Origin: Candidatus Shapirobacteria bacterium
GTDB taxonomy: Bacteria; Patescibacteriota; Microgenomatia; UBA12405
DNA: 64,000 nt
Direction of reading: 5' to 3'
Assembly (NCBI GenBank): GCA_041659325.1
Contig: JBAZYN010000004.1
Span: 583-64,582, forward strand
Shown here: one piece after another, positions 9,423-18,903 of the stretch
How positions within the stretch are numbered: the stretch's first letter is position 1
Layout: each line of letters opens with the position of its first letter
The notes under the pieces: generated by a model
Databases searched by the model: none
The model's input: only the letters and a program-made list of their open reading frames with translations
What the model was told of the DNA's origin: nothing
Position numbers and translations under genes: made by a program

Positions 9423-9917
9423 ATGAAAAAAATCTCACCTAGTGCCGGAACAACCCTAATCGAGCTAATCCTATACATGGGGCTTTTGTCTATATTTCTA
9501 TTAATGATTTTCAATTTATTTGCCACCATTCTTGCTTCTCAAACCCGTTCCGTCGCCGTATCGCTCGTTCAAACCAATGGTAATTTTATTTTAACCAAAT
9601 TAACTCACGACATAAATCAAGCCGATTCTATCATCACGCCTTTAACTGTCGGCACCTCGGATACTTCCATGGTTCTTCGTGTAGGCACTTCCGATTCCGA
9701 CTATAATGTCTCGGACGGCCGTCTTGTCCTTACCGATAGTACTGGTGCATCCAACCTCAACGATACCGATACTACGGTTTCTGATTTTGTTGTAAAAAGA
9801 TTGGGCAATTTCGGTGGAAGACAGGGTTTGCAAATATCGTTTACAATTACAAGTAATGTTATCGACAACACTAGCGTCAAAACTAAAAGTTTTCAAACAT
9901 TTGCTTCTCTAAGATGA
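9423..9917 (+). CDS. Pseudopilin / minor pilin (GspJ/PilW-like)
   Basis: MKKISPSAG followed by TTLIELILYMGLLSIFLL. The start is moved to the internal Met to avoid overlapping the upstream stop; the ORF track starts at 9402. Confidence 0.75.
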   Translation: MKKISPSAGTTLIELILYMGLLSIFLLMIFNLFATILASQTRSVAVSLVQTNGNFILTKLTHDINQADSIITPLTVGTSDTSMVLRVGTSDSDYNVSDGRLVLTDSTGASNLNDTDTTVSDFVVKRLGNFGGRQGLQISFTITSNVIDNTSVKTKSFQTFASLR

Positions 9918-10303
9918 ATCCAAAATACATTTTTTCCACCTTCCAAAACGGGCAAGCCCTCACCTCTCTTTTGATCATCATGTTTATCGGTCTGGCAATA
10001 GTTTCCGCCTCGGTGGGGATGATCAGCACTAATCTTGCATCGACCTCCGGGCTCCTTGTATCAAATGATGCCCTGGTGGTCGCTGAAAGCGGGGCCGAGG
10101 ATGCTCTTCTTAAAATCCTTCGCAATCCATCATACGCTGGGGGGACTTTGCCCCTTAGTATCGGCACTGCTACTGTCAGCATTTCTTCCACCTCTCCCTT
10201 CACCTTTGTCTCCACTGGTCAGGTGGGTCAATACCAACGCTCAATTCGGGTTATACTAAATAATACTGACGGTGTTACCACCGTCACTTCTTGGAAAGAA
10301 TAA
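9914..10303 (+). CDS. Pseudopilin-like protein (PilX-like, atypical leader lacking Glu+5)
   Basis: A short leader followed by the hydrophobic helix QALTSLLIIMFIGLAIV. Small size and operon context support the call. Confidence 0.55.
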   Translation: MNPKYIFSTFQNGQALTSLLIIMFIGLAIVSASVGMISTNLASTSGLLVSNDALVVAESGAEDALLKILRNPSYAGGTLPLSIGTATVSISSTSPFTFVSTGQVGQYQRSIRVILNNTDGVTTVTSWKE

Positions 10304-10307
10304 AACC

Positions 10308-11390
10308 ATGACCAAAAAATCTAGCCTTATTTTTTACCTTGATCGGCAAAAATTAATTATTGCCGGTACTCAGTTGGCCGTCCCCCTAACCCTGGATTTC
10401 CCTGCAAGCATCGTTTTGGATATCGACATTATCGACATCGAATCATTTGACTTACTTCTGGGAAATTTTCTGGAACAATCCCAAATTGCCGTCTCCGATG
10501 TCCTGCTGGTTGTTTCCCCAGAAGTTTATTACGAAAAAGACACCTCCCTTTCCCTCGACCCTACCGAGCGTCAAAATCAAATTGATCTTTTTTCGGAAAC
10601 GATACCATTCAAGCATCTTATTTTCAAAGATTATTCATTAGGTACGCCCCGTCTCATCGCCTTAAACAAAAATTTTTACGAACCGGCAATCAAATTAATC
10701 GAAAAAAAGGGCTTCAACATCTTTACCATTATTCCTTTTTTTGTCCTTGGTCATTTTAATTTAAAATTGGAAAATTACCAGCCCGCCGAAGTAAAAGAAA
10801 TTTTCAAAAAAATAAAGTTGCTTGATCCTCTAAGTATTATTTCTAGTCAGGATATCGACAAAATGGTTACCACCCAAATCCACAAGCCCAAGGAAGACTC
10901 TAAGCGGACATATATATTACTTGCTGTTTTTTGTTTCCTCTTTGTCTCCCTTCTGGCTTTTGTTCTTCTTGGTCCCCGGCTACTTAGGCCCGGTGCCAAA
11001 AAAACATACCCACCACCATCTATAATATCCACCCCCATCCCGACAAAGGTTTTAATCTCCCCCATCCCCACCGTTACTTTTCTTTCCGAAGAAACCTTAC
11101 GAATCAAAGTCGTCAATAGTTCCGGGGTGGCAAATCAGGCGGCTGCGGTAAAGCAAGCATTGACAGCCGCCGGTCTAAAGGAAATTACTATCGGCTCTTC
11201 GTCCAAAGTCACCGCCGCCAACAACCAAATTAGTTTTTCCCCAAATGTTTCTCCCGAATCCCGTCAAAAAATAACCGCCGCCGCTGAAAAAATTGCCGGG
11301 GTATTTACCGAGACCGAATCCACCGATCTTACCAATATTGATGTGCTTATCACCACTACTTTCAAGCCCGGTACTAAAGCTACCCCTTGA
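10308..11390 (+). CDS. Bitopic membrane protein with a C-terminal LytR_C-like domain (pilus-locus associated)
   Basis: Cytoplasmic N-domain, TM helix ILLAVFCFLFVSLLAFVLLG, a Pro-rich linker, then LRIKVVNSSGVANQAAAVKQALTAAGL...ITIGSS typical of LytR_C. The ORF track begins at a GTG at 10272. Confidence 0.5.
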   Translation: MTKKSSLIFYLDRQKLIIAGTQLAVPLTLDFPASIVLDIDIIDIESFDLLLGNFLEQSQIAVSDVLLVVSPEVYYEKDTSLSLDPTERQNQIDLFSETIPFKHLIFKDYSLGTPRLIALNKNFYEPAIKLIEKKGFNIFTIIPFFVLGHFNLKLENYQPAEVKEIFKKIKLLDPLSIISSQDIDKMVTTQIHKPKEDSKRTYILLAVFCFLFVSLLAFVLLGPRLLRPGAKKTYPPPSIISTPIPTKVLISPIPTVTFLSEETLRIKVVNSSGVANQAAAVKQALTAAGLKEITIGSSSKVTAANNQISFSPNVSPESRQKITAAAEKIAGVFTETESTDLTNIDVLITTTFKPGTKATP

Positions 11391-11423
11391 CAACAAATAC
11401 TGATTTAAACTAGTCTTAATCAA

Positions 11424-11906
11424 ATGAAACAAAAAATCTGCCAAAAAACCAACAAAAGAGGTTTCACCTTGATCGAGTTATTGGTCGTCATAGGTATCCT
11501 CGCTCTCTTGCTTGCCATTACTCTTATCGCTATCAACCCGGCCAAACAGTTCGCCCAAGCCAACGACACCAAGCGTAGTAGTGATGTCAATGCCATTTTA
11601 AATGCTCTCAACCAGTATGCCGCCGACAATCGGGGCCAGCTTCCCGCCGGTATCGGTGCCTCAGCCGTTTCCATTGGTTCTTCAGGGGTCAACCTCTGTG
11701 CCGATTTAGTCACCGAATATCTGGCCGCCCTCCCCACCGATCCGACTAGTGGTAATACCGCAGGAGAAGTCGGAGCTCCCGTAACTGTCTGTACTGCCGC
11801 CTATGATACCGGTTATGTAGTTTCCAGAAGCGCCGACAATAACCGTCTTACTGTTACTGCCACTAGCGAGGTCAACCCGACCATCCCGATTTCAGTCACT
11901 CGCTAA
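11424..11906 (+). CDS. pilA: Major type IV pilin PilA
   Basis: Canonical leader MKQKICQKTNKRG followed by FTLIELLVVIGILALLLAI. The protein is 160 aa. An intrinsic terminator follows. Confidence 0.9.
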   Translation: MKQKICQKTNKRGFTLIELLVVIGILALLLAITLIAINPAKQFAQANDTKRSSDVNAILNALNQYAADNRGQLPAGIGASAVSIGSSGVNLCADLVTEYLAALPTDPTSGNTAGEVGAPVTVCTAAYDTGYVVSRSADNNRLTVTATSEVNPTIPISVTR

Positions 11907-11924
11907 TAGAATTATTTAGACATT

Positions 11925-11960
11925 CAAGCCCCCCCAAGCTTCTCGAAGGGGGGCTTTTGG
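11925..11960 (+). terminator. Rho-independent terminator downstream of pilA
   Basis: GC stem AGCCCCCC / GGGGGGCT with the loop AAGCTTCTCGAA, followed by TTTTGG. Confidence 0.8.
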
Positions 11961-11978
11961 TATCTGTATAATTATTTT

Positions 11979-12314
11979 ATGGATGAAATAAATTATTGTG
12001 CCGTCTATCATCAGTCAAGCGAACCCTTAGATTATTATTGCCGCAATTGTGGTAAAAGTTTGCGGCCCCGACCTCTTTCCACTTCTGTACGAAGCCAACT
12101 AGTCCTATATATTAAAACTCTTCTCTTGCCACCATTTGGTTTTATTTGGGGCTATCGCTATCTACGCCAATCGGACACCGTCTCAAAACTGGTCGGTCTT
12201 TTTACTGTTCTCATCACTACGGCTGAAATTATCTGGCTTATCCAATCCACGGTAAATACTTTTACCACCGTCAATCAGGAGATTTATCGGCAGATGAAAC
12301 TCTACGGACTTTGA
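11979..12314 (+). CDS. Small zinc-ribbon membrane protein
   Basis: N-terminal C-x-x-H...CRNCGK motif, then two predicted TM helices. Confidence 0.45.
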   Translation: MDEINYCAVYHQSSEPLDYYCRNCGKSLRPRPLSTSVRSQLVLYIKTLLLPPFGFIWGYRYLRQSDTVSKLVGLFTVLITTAEIIWLIQSTVNTFTTVNQEIYRQMKLYGL

Positions 12315-12506
12315 TTGGATTATATATAATTACTTGTGCCAAAAAAACTGATTTTTTTTCCCAGCCGTCGTCGATAATTTTTGAAAAACTTCAGGACTCT
12401 CTTTTCCCGAAATTTCTCGTCGGTCGGGTTTTTGCCTATATGCCCTCAGACGGTAGCAATGTCGATGCCTCTGCCAAGTTCGTTTTACTGACAAATTTAT
12501 TTTTGG

Positions 12507-15260
12507 CTAAAAAGCTTTAATCTGTGCCAGGGCCGTTATCGAAAACAACATCAGTACCGACAGGGTAAAGGTGACAATCACAAAAAGCAAATAAAATACT
12601 TCAAAAATATTTACTTTCTTTCCGTTTTTCCATTTGTTCAGCTGATGATATATCCACACCGAAGACTCAAGCAAAAGTGCCGCGTACAAAATCCAGTCTT
12701 TCTTTTCTGGTTCAATCATCTCCGTTATTTCTACATTGCTCCCGGCCACTTGCCCGTCGGTTACGTTATCCGTTTTCTCCTCCGCCATAGCCGCCAGCAC
12801 TTTCCCGTATCGGCTCTTAACCCCAAATTCTGTCTCCGACCAGTTTGACATTAGCTTCTGGCCATTTTGGTCCAGGCCGTAAATTATTGTCCGGCTTCGA
12901 TATTGTCCTTCACTTGTTTTTATGGGTATTGGTATTCCAAAGTGTACTTTCCCGTGTCTGTTTCCTTTAATTTCACCCAAATCAATTTCTGCCCATCGAT
13001 AAAGTTCTCCGTATTGATCATATATCTCATGCCGCAGATATGTGTTGTATGCCGACACCGCCGCTCTGTTTTCTACTTCAATTTCAAAAGTCACCACATC
13101 ACCCGGGTATACAAATTCATTTACATTATTACCGACTTTTATTACCAATTCTGCCCTTCGGCTGTCCTGGTTCTTTGATCCTTCTGTTGTTACCTCCGCC
13201 GTCTCTTCTTGTCCCTCACTACTGTCAATTTGCTCATCAATATCCACCACCACCTCACCGTTTTGAACTACCAGAATTTTGCTTACCGCTACCGCTTGAT
13301 TGTTGCCGTTGTTCGTTTCCACCTGTCGGTTTCTCACTATCGCCCGCGCCTCCGCATCTATCAGTACCTCCGCTGCCAAAACCGGTCTTATAATTTTTTG
13401 CCACCAGGCTAATTCCTCATCAACTCCGGTGGCTACCTCTATCACAAAAGTTCCCCCCTCATTTCTCCCCAATTCACCCAATTGCCACTTTATCCTCCTC
13501 CCGCTGACAACCGGGTTCATCCCGCTGCCGTCTTTCACATACGCTGTTCCCTCCGGTAATACCAATTCCAGTTCGGTTCCCCTGGCTGTATCATACCCCA
13601 GATTTTTATAGCTCACCTGATAGGCCAGGCTCTCCCCCTGGCGAACTTCATTTTTCAATGCTATTAGCCCAACATCCATGTCCGGATAGGCAAATATCAC
13701 TCTCCCTCTCCAGCCCCCAATTATATTAATCAGGCCATAAAACCAATTGTTGCCCGAAATATTTACATTTACCAGATTATTTAAATTGGCAATCGCCGTT
13801 GCCTCTCCGGTTTTGATTGCTCCTGTGCCGCTTTGTTCAATTACATTGTTGCCGGTATCTGCCGATACCTTTATGTTGTTGTAAACCTGGGCGTCATTAC
13901 TATTGTAAATACCTAGATTTTCCCCTCCGATAGGGGATATCGCCCAGTTGCTAAAATCAGCCTCCGCTGTCATCCAATCGGTCGCCCCCGGCGCCGACCA
14001 GTTAACCACCTCCGTTTTTTCTCCTCCCCAATTGTTAATCGAAGCATAAAAATACCCATCACCGCTTATATTCATATCGGCTATAGTTGCGCTTTTTGCC
14101 AAAGCCATCGCCCCGCCGGTTTCTACCGTCCCCTGTGTTTCTGCTGATACGCTATTTCCCCCGGTGTTGGCTTCTGCCGTCACTTCATTTTTGATATTAC
14201 TTTGATTCTGGCTGCTGACCACCGCTCCCCCGGTACTTCCCCCTGCTCCAAACCAAGTCGGTGCCGGTAGGATCAGGTCAGCCAACAGGCTGCCGTTGAG
14301 GTTCATAATTCCAAAAAACACCTGATTGCCAAAAATATTCGTGTTAACCAGATTTATCACATTAGCCAAAGCCGTCGCCGATCCCGACATTATCACCGCC
14401 TCATCGGTTTCACCGATTACATTCATCCCCGTCCTGGCCATTACCGTCACCCAGTTTTCCACCGATGCTTGGTTAAAATTACACAAGCTCATCAATTGGC
14501 TGTTTCCCTCATTTACCGTCATCGGTTGGGCTGATAACTCCTGCCACATTTTATTCAAGTCCAAGTCTTTCTTTTCTCCCGAAAATATATTGTTGATATA
14601 AACGCCGATTTTTCCGCCCACAATATTGCTGTTGACCAGGTTGATTACATTGGCCACTGCCGTTGCCCCGCCGCTTTTTATTTCCGCCGATATCTCCGTT
14701 TTGATGACTTCATTTCCTCCGGTATCGGCGCTCGCTGTCGCTTCGTTAACCAAATCGGCTTTATTTTTATTTATTACCTGTTTTGGTATCACCACTACCA
14801 CTTCACCGCTTAAAGCTTTTGACGGTTCAATCAACGTATTTTCGTTTATTGTATTTTTCGAATCAGTCTCTGCCGACGCACTACTGGTATCAATCAATCC
14901 CGTTACCGCTTCCTCAATTGTATTTCCCCCCGTCTGGCTGTCCGCCGAAGTTTGCGCCGAAACCGACGCTTCATGTTCATTTACCACGATTTCCACCAGT
15001 TCCGGACTGGTTGTCCCTATGGTTGGGGTTGGCGTTGTTCCGTCGATTTCCGGTCCTGCTTCTGTTACGCCCACCCTTTCTGCCGTTACTTCCGGCGTTT
15101 CTGTCGGGGTTATTTCATCCGCTGCTTCCTTATTTTCCGATACCTGAGTTGAGCCCACTTCTAATGCCTCTGCCCAAACCGTCACAGGCACCAAAAGCTG
15201 ATTCAGCCAAAGCGAAAAAATCGCCAAACAATTAAAAATTTTTATATATCTTTTTTCCAT
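12507..15260 (-). CDS. Large secreted, C-terminally TM-anchored repeat protein with DUF11 (conserved repeat, TIGR01451-like) domains
   Basis: Signal peptide. At least four copies of an about 45-aa 'SADTGGNxV...TGxAxAxANxxNLVNxNIxG' repeat. Two DUF11-like segments. C-terminal TM helix plus KNGKK. Confidence 0.6.
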   Translation of the reverse strand: MEKRYIKIFNCLAIFSLWLNQLLVPVTVWAEALEVGSTQVSENKEAADEITPTETPEVTAERVGVTEAGPEIDGTTPTPTIGTTSPELVEIVVNEHEASVSAQTSADSQTGGNTIEEAVTGLIDTSSASAETDSKNTINENTLIEPSKALSGEVVVVIPKQVINKNKADLVNEATASADTGGNEVIKTEISAEIKSGGATAVANVINLVNSNIVGGKIGVYINNIFSGEKKDLDLNKMWQELSAQPMTVNEGNSQLMSLCNFNQASVENWVTVMARTGMNVIGETDEAVIMSGSATALANVINLVNTNIFGNQVFFGIMNLNGSLLADLILPAPTWFGAGGSTGGAVVSSQNQSNIKNEVTAEANTGGNSVSAETQGTVETGGAMALAKSATIADMNISGDGYFYASINNWGGEKTEVVNWSAPGATDWMTAEADFSNWAISPIGGENLGIYNSNDAQVYNNIKVSADTGNNVIEQSGTGAIKTGEATAIANLNNLVNVNISGNNWFYGLINIIGGWRGRVIFAYPDMDVGLIALKNEVRQGESLAYQVSYKNLGYDTARGTELELVLPEGTAYVKDGSGMNPVVSGRRIKWQLGELGRNEGGTFVIEVATGVDEELAWWQKIIRPVLAAEVLIDAEARAIVRNRQVETNNGNNQAVAVSKILVVQNGEVVVDIDEQIDSSEGQEETAEVTTEGSKNQDSRRAELVIKVGNNVNEFVYPGDVVTFEIEVENRAAVSAYNTYLRHEIYDQYGELYRWAEIDLGEIKGNRHGKVHFGIPIPIKTSEGQYRSRTIIYGLDQNGQKLMSNWSETEFGVKSRYGKVLAAMAEEKTDNVTDGQVAGSNVEITEMIEPEKKDWILYAALLLESSVWIYHQLNKWKNGKKVNIFEVFYLLFVIVTFTLSVLMLFSITALAQIKAF

Positions 15261-15319
15261 AAAAACCTACCTCTCTACCGCTCCCCGGTATCAACCGGGG
15301 GAGCAGTCGAGAAATATAT

Positions 15320-15910
15320 CTAGTTCAAATCATTGACTTGAGCGTTGACTACCACTGAACCTTCTGCAAGAGCATCAGCTCTACCGGTATAAAGGTAACC
15401 GTTTCCGCCTCGTACGGTTAATCGGTTATCACCTGAATCGGCATCTGCCTCAACCTCGCTATCCACCATTACCAGATTTACATCTATTTCACTGGCAGGT
15501 TGGTATCCTCCTCCGCATCGGTTTAGAGTATTGCATGGGCTAGTGCAGCCTTCGTCACAGCAGCCGTTTTCTTGTCGGCCGACGGTAACACCACCTCTGG
15601 CAGTTGCCCAAGCTTCACCGGTATCAATTATTCCGGTTACAACCACGGGTTCCTCTTCGGGTTCCTCATGACACCACGGCCCAAAACACGGCATTCTATT
15701 TGTTTCCCTGACTGGAGCGGGAGCGCCAATATTGACATTGTTATCGCCTGAATCGGCTTCTGCCTCCACCTCGCTTTCAATCAGGGTGACATTCGCATTG
15801 ATATCCGGGGTAACCCGGGTCATCCTGGATGGTCGTGTAAGAGCCGAAACTGGTACCGCCACGGCCAAAAGAACGGCCACTGCGGTTAAAGTTGCAATTG
15901 TTTTTTTCAT
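15320..15910 (-). CDS. Small secreted Cys-rich protein sharing the 'EVEA(E/D)ADSGDN' repeat with the upstream 917-aa protein
   Basis: Signal peptide MKKTIATLTAVAVLLAVAVPVSA. Two copies of the repeat flank a central segment with 8 Cys. Confidence 0.55.
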   Translation of the reverse strand: MKKTIATLTAVAVLLAVAVPVSALTRPSRMTRVTPDINANVTLIESEVEAEADSGDNNVNIGAPAPVRETNRMPCFGPWCHEEPEEEPVVVTGIIDTGEAWATARGGVTVGRQENGCCDEGCTSPCNTLNRCGGGYQPASEIDVNLVMVDSEVEADADSGDNRLTVRGGNGYLYTGRADALAEGSVVVNAQVNDLN

Positions 15911-16174
15911 ATGTTTTTTAAATTTTCACCCCCTTTTAAAATTTTTAAATAATAATACGTAAAGGAATAAAACAAAAACACCCCAAACACGCGCCACAAA
16001 CTCCAAAAACATCTCTTTTGTAAATACTATATATACTCATGGAAAAAACAAAAGCCACCTTATATTCTGAATTATCACCAAACCAAAATATCAAGTCAAT
16101 ACTATCAAAACAGGTCACCGAATTTAATCCCAAACGAACCGCTTTATTTTAAAAAGCAAAACAAAACCAAATTT

Positions 16175-16205
16175 TTTTAACTCCGAAAATCCGATTTTCC
16201 GGGCA
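16175..16205 (+). promoter_or_regulatory. Conserved intergenic motif copy A (TTTAACTCCG-AAAATCCGATTTT), near-palindromic
   Basis: It shares TTTAACTCCG...AAAAT.CGATTTT with 18904-18934. Both copies sit about 110-125 nt upstream of a start codon. Confidence 0.5.
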
Positions 16206-16282
16206 TTCGATATCTGCAAACAAGGAACATCAGTCGGGGCAAATAAAAATACCCAAATAATACGAAAAATTTATTTCCATTT

Positions 16283-16293
16283 TGTGGTAAAAT
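16283..16293 (+). promoter_or_regulatory. Extended -10 promoter element (TGtGGTAAAAT) for the 16328 gene
   Basis: TG-n-TAAAAT lies about 35 nt upstream of the start codon in a 417-bp AT-rich intergenic region. Confidence 0.4.
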
Positions 16294-16327
16294 AGAGAAG
16301 GTATAGAGTTTTACGGTTACATTCTTT

Positions 16328-17002
16328 TTGGCGCAGACGAATACAATGGATAACTTATTTGTATATTTTCTTCAAGCTCCTGCTACCGGAAATGATCCTG
16401 TCGTTTGTAAAGGGGCGGAGCAAATACTTAATAGTCTAGGCGATAGTATTAATTTCCAAAAAATTTCTCACCAATCTGAGGAACAAAGAGACCTAATTGA
16501 ACTCCACCAACCTCTGCGAATTTTCACTCTTGGATGTAGCCCCCAATTCGAGGTCACTCCGATTACTTATCTCAATCAAAAATACAATCAGGATTTTCTG
16601 GTTATTTGGTTTGACATCCGGGGATATCCTTTTTTCACCGATCCCGCTTTTTCTCAGCTAGATTTAAATCAGATAATTTTGGCCGGTGTAAACGACCTGG
16701 GTCAGTCCATCACCACCACTTCCTGCCACGAATTAAAAAATGGTCAGTTAATTTATAAAATCCTGAAAAAAGCTAAAAAAAATATTTATATTCATCTCAA
16801 CCTCAACGTTCTCGACCCTCAGGAATTAGGATCAGCTTCCCGCCCCGACGAAAACGGTATTCCCTTCGAAGCTTTAATCAGCCAAATTTTTCAGGTAAAA
16901 AAAGACTTCAACATTGTCGGGATAAGTATCGTCGAAGCCCCAACGATGACTCAATATCAACTGGACAAAGTCAACAAATTAGTACTAAAAACCTTCGAAT
17001 AG
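16328..17002 (+). CDS. Hypothetical protein, possibly a degenerate arginase/deacetylase-fold protein
   Basis: HLNLNVLDP resembles the SxDxDxxDP motif of the arginase family, but the metal-ligand Asp/His residues are not conserved. This is weak. Confidence 0.25.
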   Translation: MAQTNTMDNLFVYFLQAPATGNDPVVCKGAEQILNSLGDSINFQKISHQSEEQRDLIELHQPLRIFTLGCSPQFEVTPITYLNQKYNQDFLVIWFDIRGYPFFTDPAFSQLDLNQIILAGVNDLGQSITTTSCHELKNGQLIYKILKKAKKNIYIHLNLNVLDPQELGSASRPDENGIPFEALISQIFQVKKDFNIVGISIVEAPTMTQYQLDKVNKLVLKTFE

Positions 17003-17008
17003 TAAAAA

Positions 17009-17035
17009 AGTAAGCTATTATTAAACAAGCTTACT
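17009..17035 (+). promoter_or_regulatory. Perfect 8-bp inverted repeat hairpin (AGTAAGCT-N11-AGCTTACT) between two co-directional genes
   Basis: It has no U-tract and abuts the ATG at 17037, so it is an operator or processing/attenuation hairpin rather than a classical terminator. Confidence 0.35.
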
Positions 17036-17036
17036 T

Positions 17037-18359
17037 ATGAAAAAAGATATTCTGTCGCTTCTATCTGTTTTCAGCCTCGCAGTTTTAACCCTTTCTTTTT
17101 CCCCGCCGATTTCTTTTGCCCAAAGTTATACTTCCCGTCAAAGAATTGGTGTCGGTGTCCACTCCCACACTCCCGTAGACTATCTCAATTGGTATGATTT
17201 TCAGGCTTATAATCTTGGTTGGTATTTTACCTGGAAGGGGACCAGTGATTTACCCAACCCTGGCAATATCGATGGAGTTGAATTTATGCCCACGTATTAC
17301 AATGGCAAATGCCCTCAGGCTTCTCTCGATCTGGTAAAAAATAACCCCACTGCCTATCCTTTTGGGACCACTTTTTTGATCGGCAACGAGCTTGGTATGA
17401 CCGAAATTCCCGATATGGCTGTTTATGCCCAGGATTACCGCAATTGTTATCTTGCTCTCAAAAATTTAAATCGAAATTACAAAGTTGTTTTGGGCGCCCT
17501 AACTTCGTCAAGTCGGATATATATGCTCGAAACCATCCGTTCCGAGTATAAAAAAAATTACGGCACTGATTTGCCAACGGACGGTTATCGGGTCAATGTC
17601 TATTTTGAAACTTTGGCCAGTGCCGTCACCAAAATGCGTAATTTTATGAAAAGTGTCGGCGATCAGGATAAGGACTTAATCATCACCGAATCATGCCATC
17701 CCGACAAAACCGAATCCGAAAATGTTGCCTACCTAAAGGAAGCTCTAAACTACACCACCACTACCAAAGATACCTCTATCGGCAAACCGTCCGATAATTA
17801 CATGCTGATCCAGCGCTTTGCCTGGTTTCTTATGAATAGTGCCGTCAACGGTTATTCCAGTTGTTCGCTTTACGATATCAATTTACATGCGGCTGCCTAT
17901 CCTCCCCTTAAAACCAAAAAGACTCAAGTTGGTTTGGCTTTCTCCGATTGGATGGCCAAAAACATCCCCCCGACTGCCTCCAGTCCCACTCCCACCAAAA
18001 AACCCACCCTGATTCCCACCCTTCGCCCCACTTCAACTACAATCCCAACTATCCGTCCGACTTCCACCTCAACTTCCCGCCCCACCTCAACTTCAATCCC
18101 GACCATCCGTCCCACTCCCACCCTCAAACCGACCTCCCTCCCTTCTGCCTCTCCCACCGTCTCCGTCTGTTCCAAAAAAGCCACCGGTGATGCCAACTGT
18201 GATGGTTTGGTAAACATCTTTGATTTTGGAATTTGGAAAGTAGACTTTATTGACTATCGCAGCGGTACCAAAAAAAATATTTGGGACTCAGATTTTGATG
18301 TCGATTCAAAAGTTTCTATCTATGATTTTTCTATCTGGAAACTGGGCTACGGTAAATAA
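17037..18359 (+). CDS. Secreted clan GH-A-like (TIM-barrel) glycoside hydrolase with Pro/Thr linker and C-terminal dockerin-like module
   Basis: Signal peptide. IGNELG (acid/base-like) and IITES (nucleophile-like). A PT-rich linker. Dockerin repeats DANCDGLVNIFDF and DFDVDSKVSIYDF. Confidence 0.5.
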   Translation: MKKDILSLLSVFSLAVLTLSFSPPISFAQSYTSRQRIGVGVHSHTPVDYLNWYDFQAYNLGWYFTWKGTSDLPNPGNIDGVEFMPTYYNGKCPQASLDLVKNNPTAYPFGTTFLIGNELGMTEIPDMAVYAQDYRNCYLALKNLNRNYKVVLGALTSSSRIYMLETIRSEYKKNYGTDLPTDGYRVNVYFETLASAVTKMRNFMKSVGDQDKDLIITESCHPDKTESENVAYLKEALNYTTTTKDTSIGKPSDNYMLIQRFAWFLMNSAVNGYSSCSLYDINLHAAAYPPLKTKKTQVGLAFSDWMAKNIPPTASSPTPTKKPTLIPTLRPTSTTIPTIRPTSTSTSRPTSTSIPTIRPTPTLKPTSLPSASPTVSVCSKKATGDANCDGLVNIFDFGIWKVDFIDYRSGTKKNIWDSDFDVDSKVSIYDFSIWKLGYGK

Positions 18360-18373
18360 AGGCAAATAATAAA

Positions 18374-18772
18374 ATGAAAAATAATAAATATATTTTTGTC
18401 GTCATTGCTTTCATGCTTTTGCTAACGGTGCTGATTTTTGCTCGTTATAATTATCAATTCCAAATATCAAAAAAACCGGGTCACCCGATTATCCCTCCTC
18501 CCGCACTTTCAGAAAGATGCGGTCTGCAAGACTGTCACGGGCTAGATGTTACCTGCGGTCCGGATGTCCCCGAAGTCTGCGACCTGATGTACCAAATAGG
18601 GGACAATTGTCGGCAATACGCGCTCTGCGGTAAAGTCAGCGGCGAATGCCGGCTACAAGCATCACCCAAATTTGATGCCTGTAAATCCTGTGTTCAAACT
18701 TGTGAGCAAAATTTCCAAAACACTTCAGATCCGGCAAAAGTATTCGAGTGCGAAAGCACCTGTTTTGAGTAG
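18374..18772 (+). CDS. Small secreted cysteine-rich protein (14 Cys)
   Basis: N-terminal TM/signal, then a C-rich domain with CxxC and CxxxC spacing. Confidence 0.5.
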   Translation: MKNNKYIFVVIAFMLLLTVLIFARYNYQFQISKKPGHPIIPPPALSERCGLQDCHGLDVTCGPDVPEVCDLMYQIGDNCRQYALCGKVSGECRLQASPKFDACKSCVQTCEQNFQNTSDPAKVFECESTCFE

Positions 18773-18903
18773 CCAATTCGATTAATTAAAGTCAGCTTTT
18801 TTGTAGGTAAACGGCCAACTTCCTGTCGGATATTTTTTAATATTAAATACATAATTTAAATTATTCCTGAGATACCAAAGCATCAAACACCCAAAAGAAT
18901 TCT

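Noticed and set aside
16328-17002. Calling the 224-aa protein an arginase or agmatinase.
   Set aside because: Only the DP-loop is loosely retained (HLNLNVLDP), and the metal-binding His/Asp residues are missing. It is kept as hypothetical with a low-confidence fold note.
17990-18150. Repetitive 'cccacc/actccc' tracts that might be mistaken for CRISPR arrays or mobile-element repeats.
   Set aside because: They are in-frame Pro/Thr linker codons inside CDSs. There is no repeat-spacer periodicity, and no cas genes or transposases are nearby.
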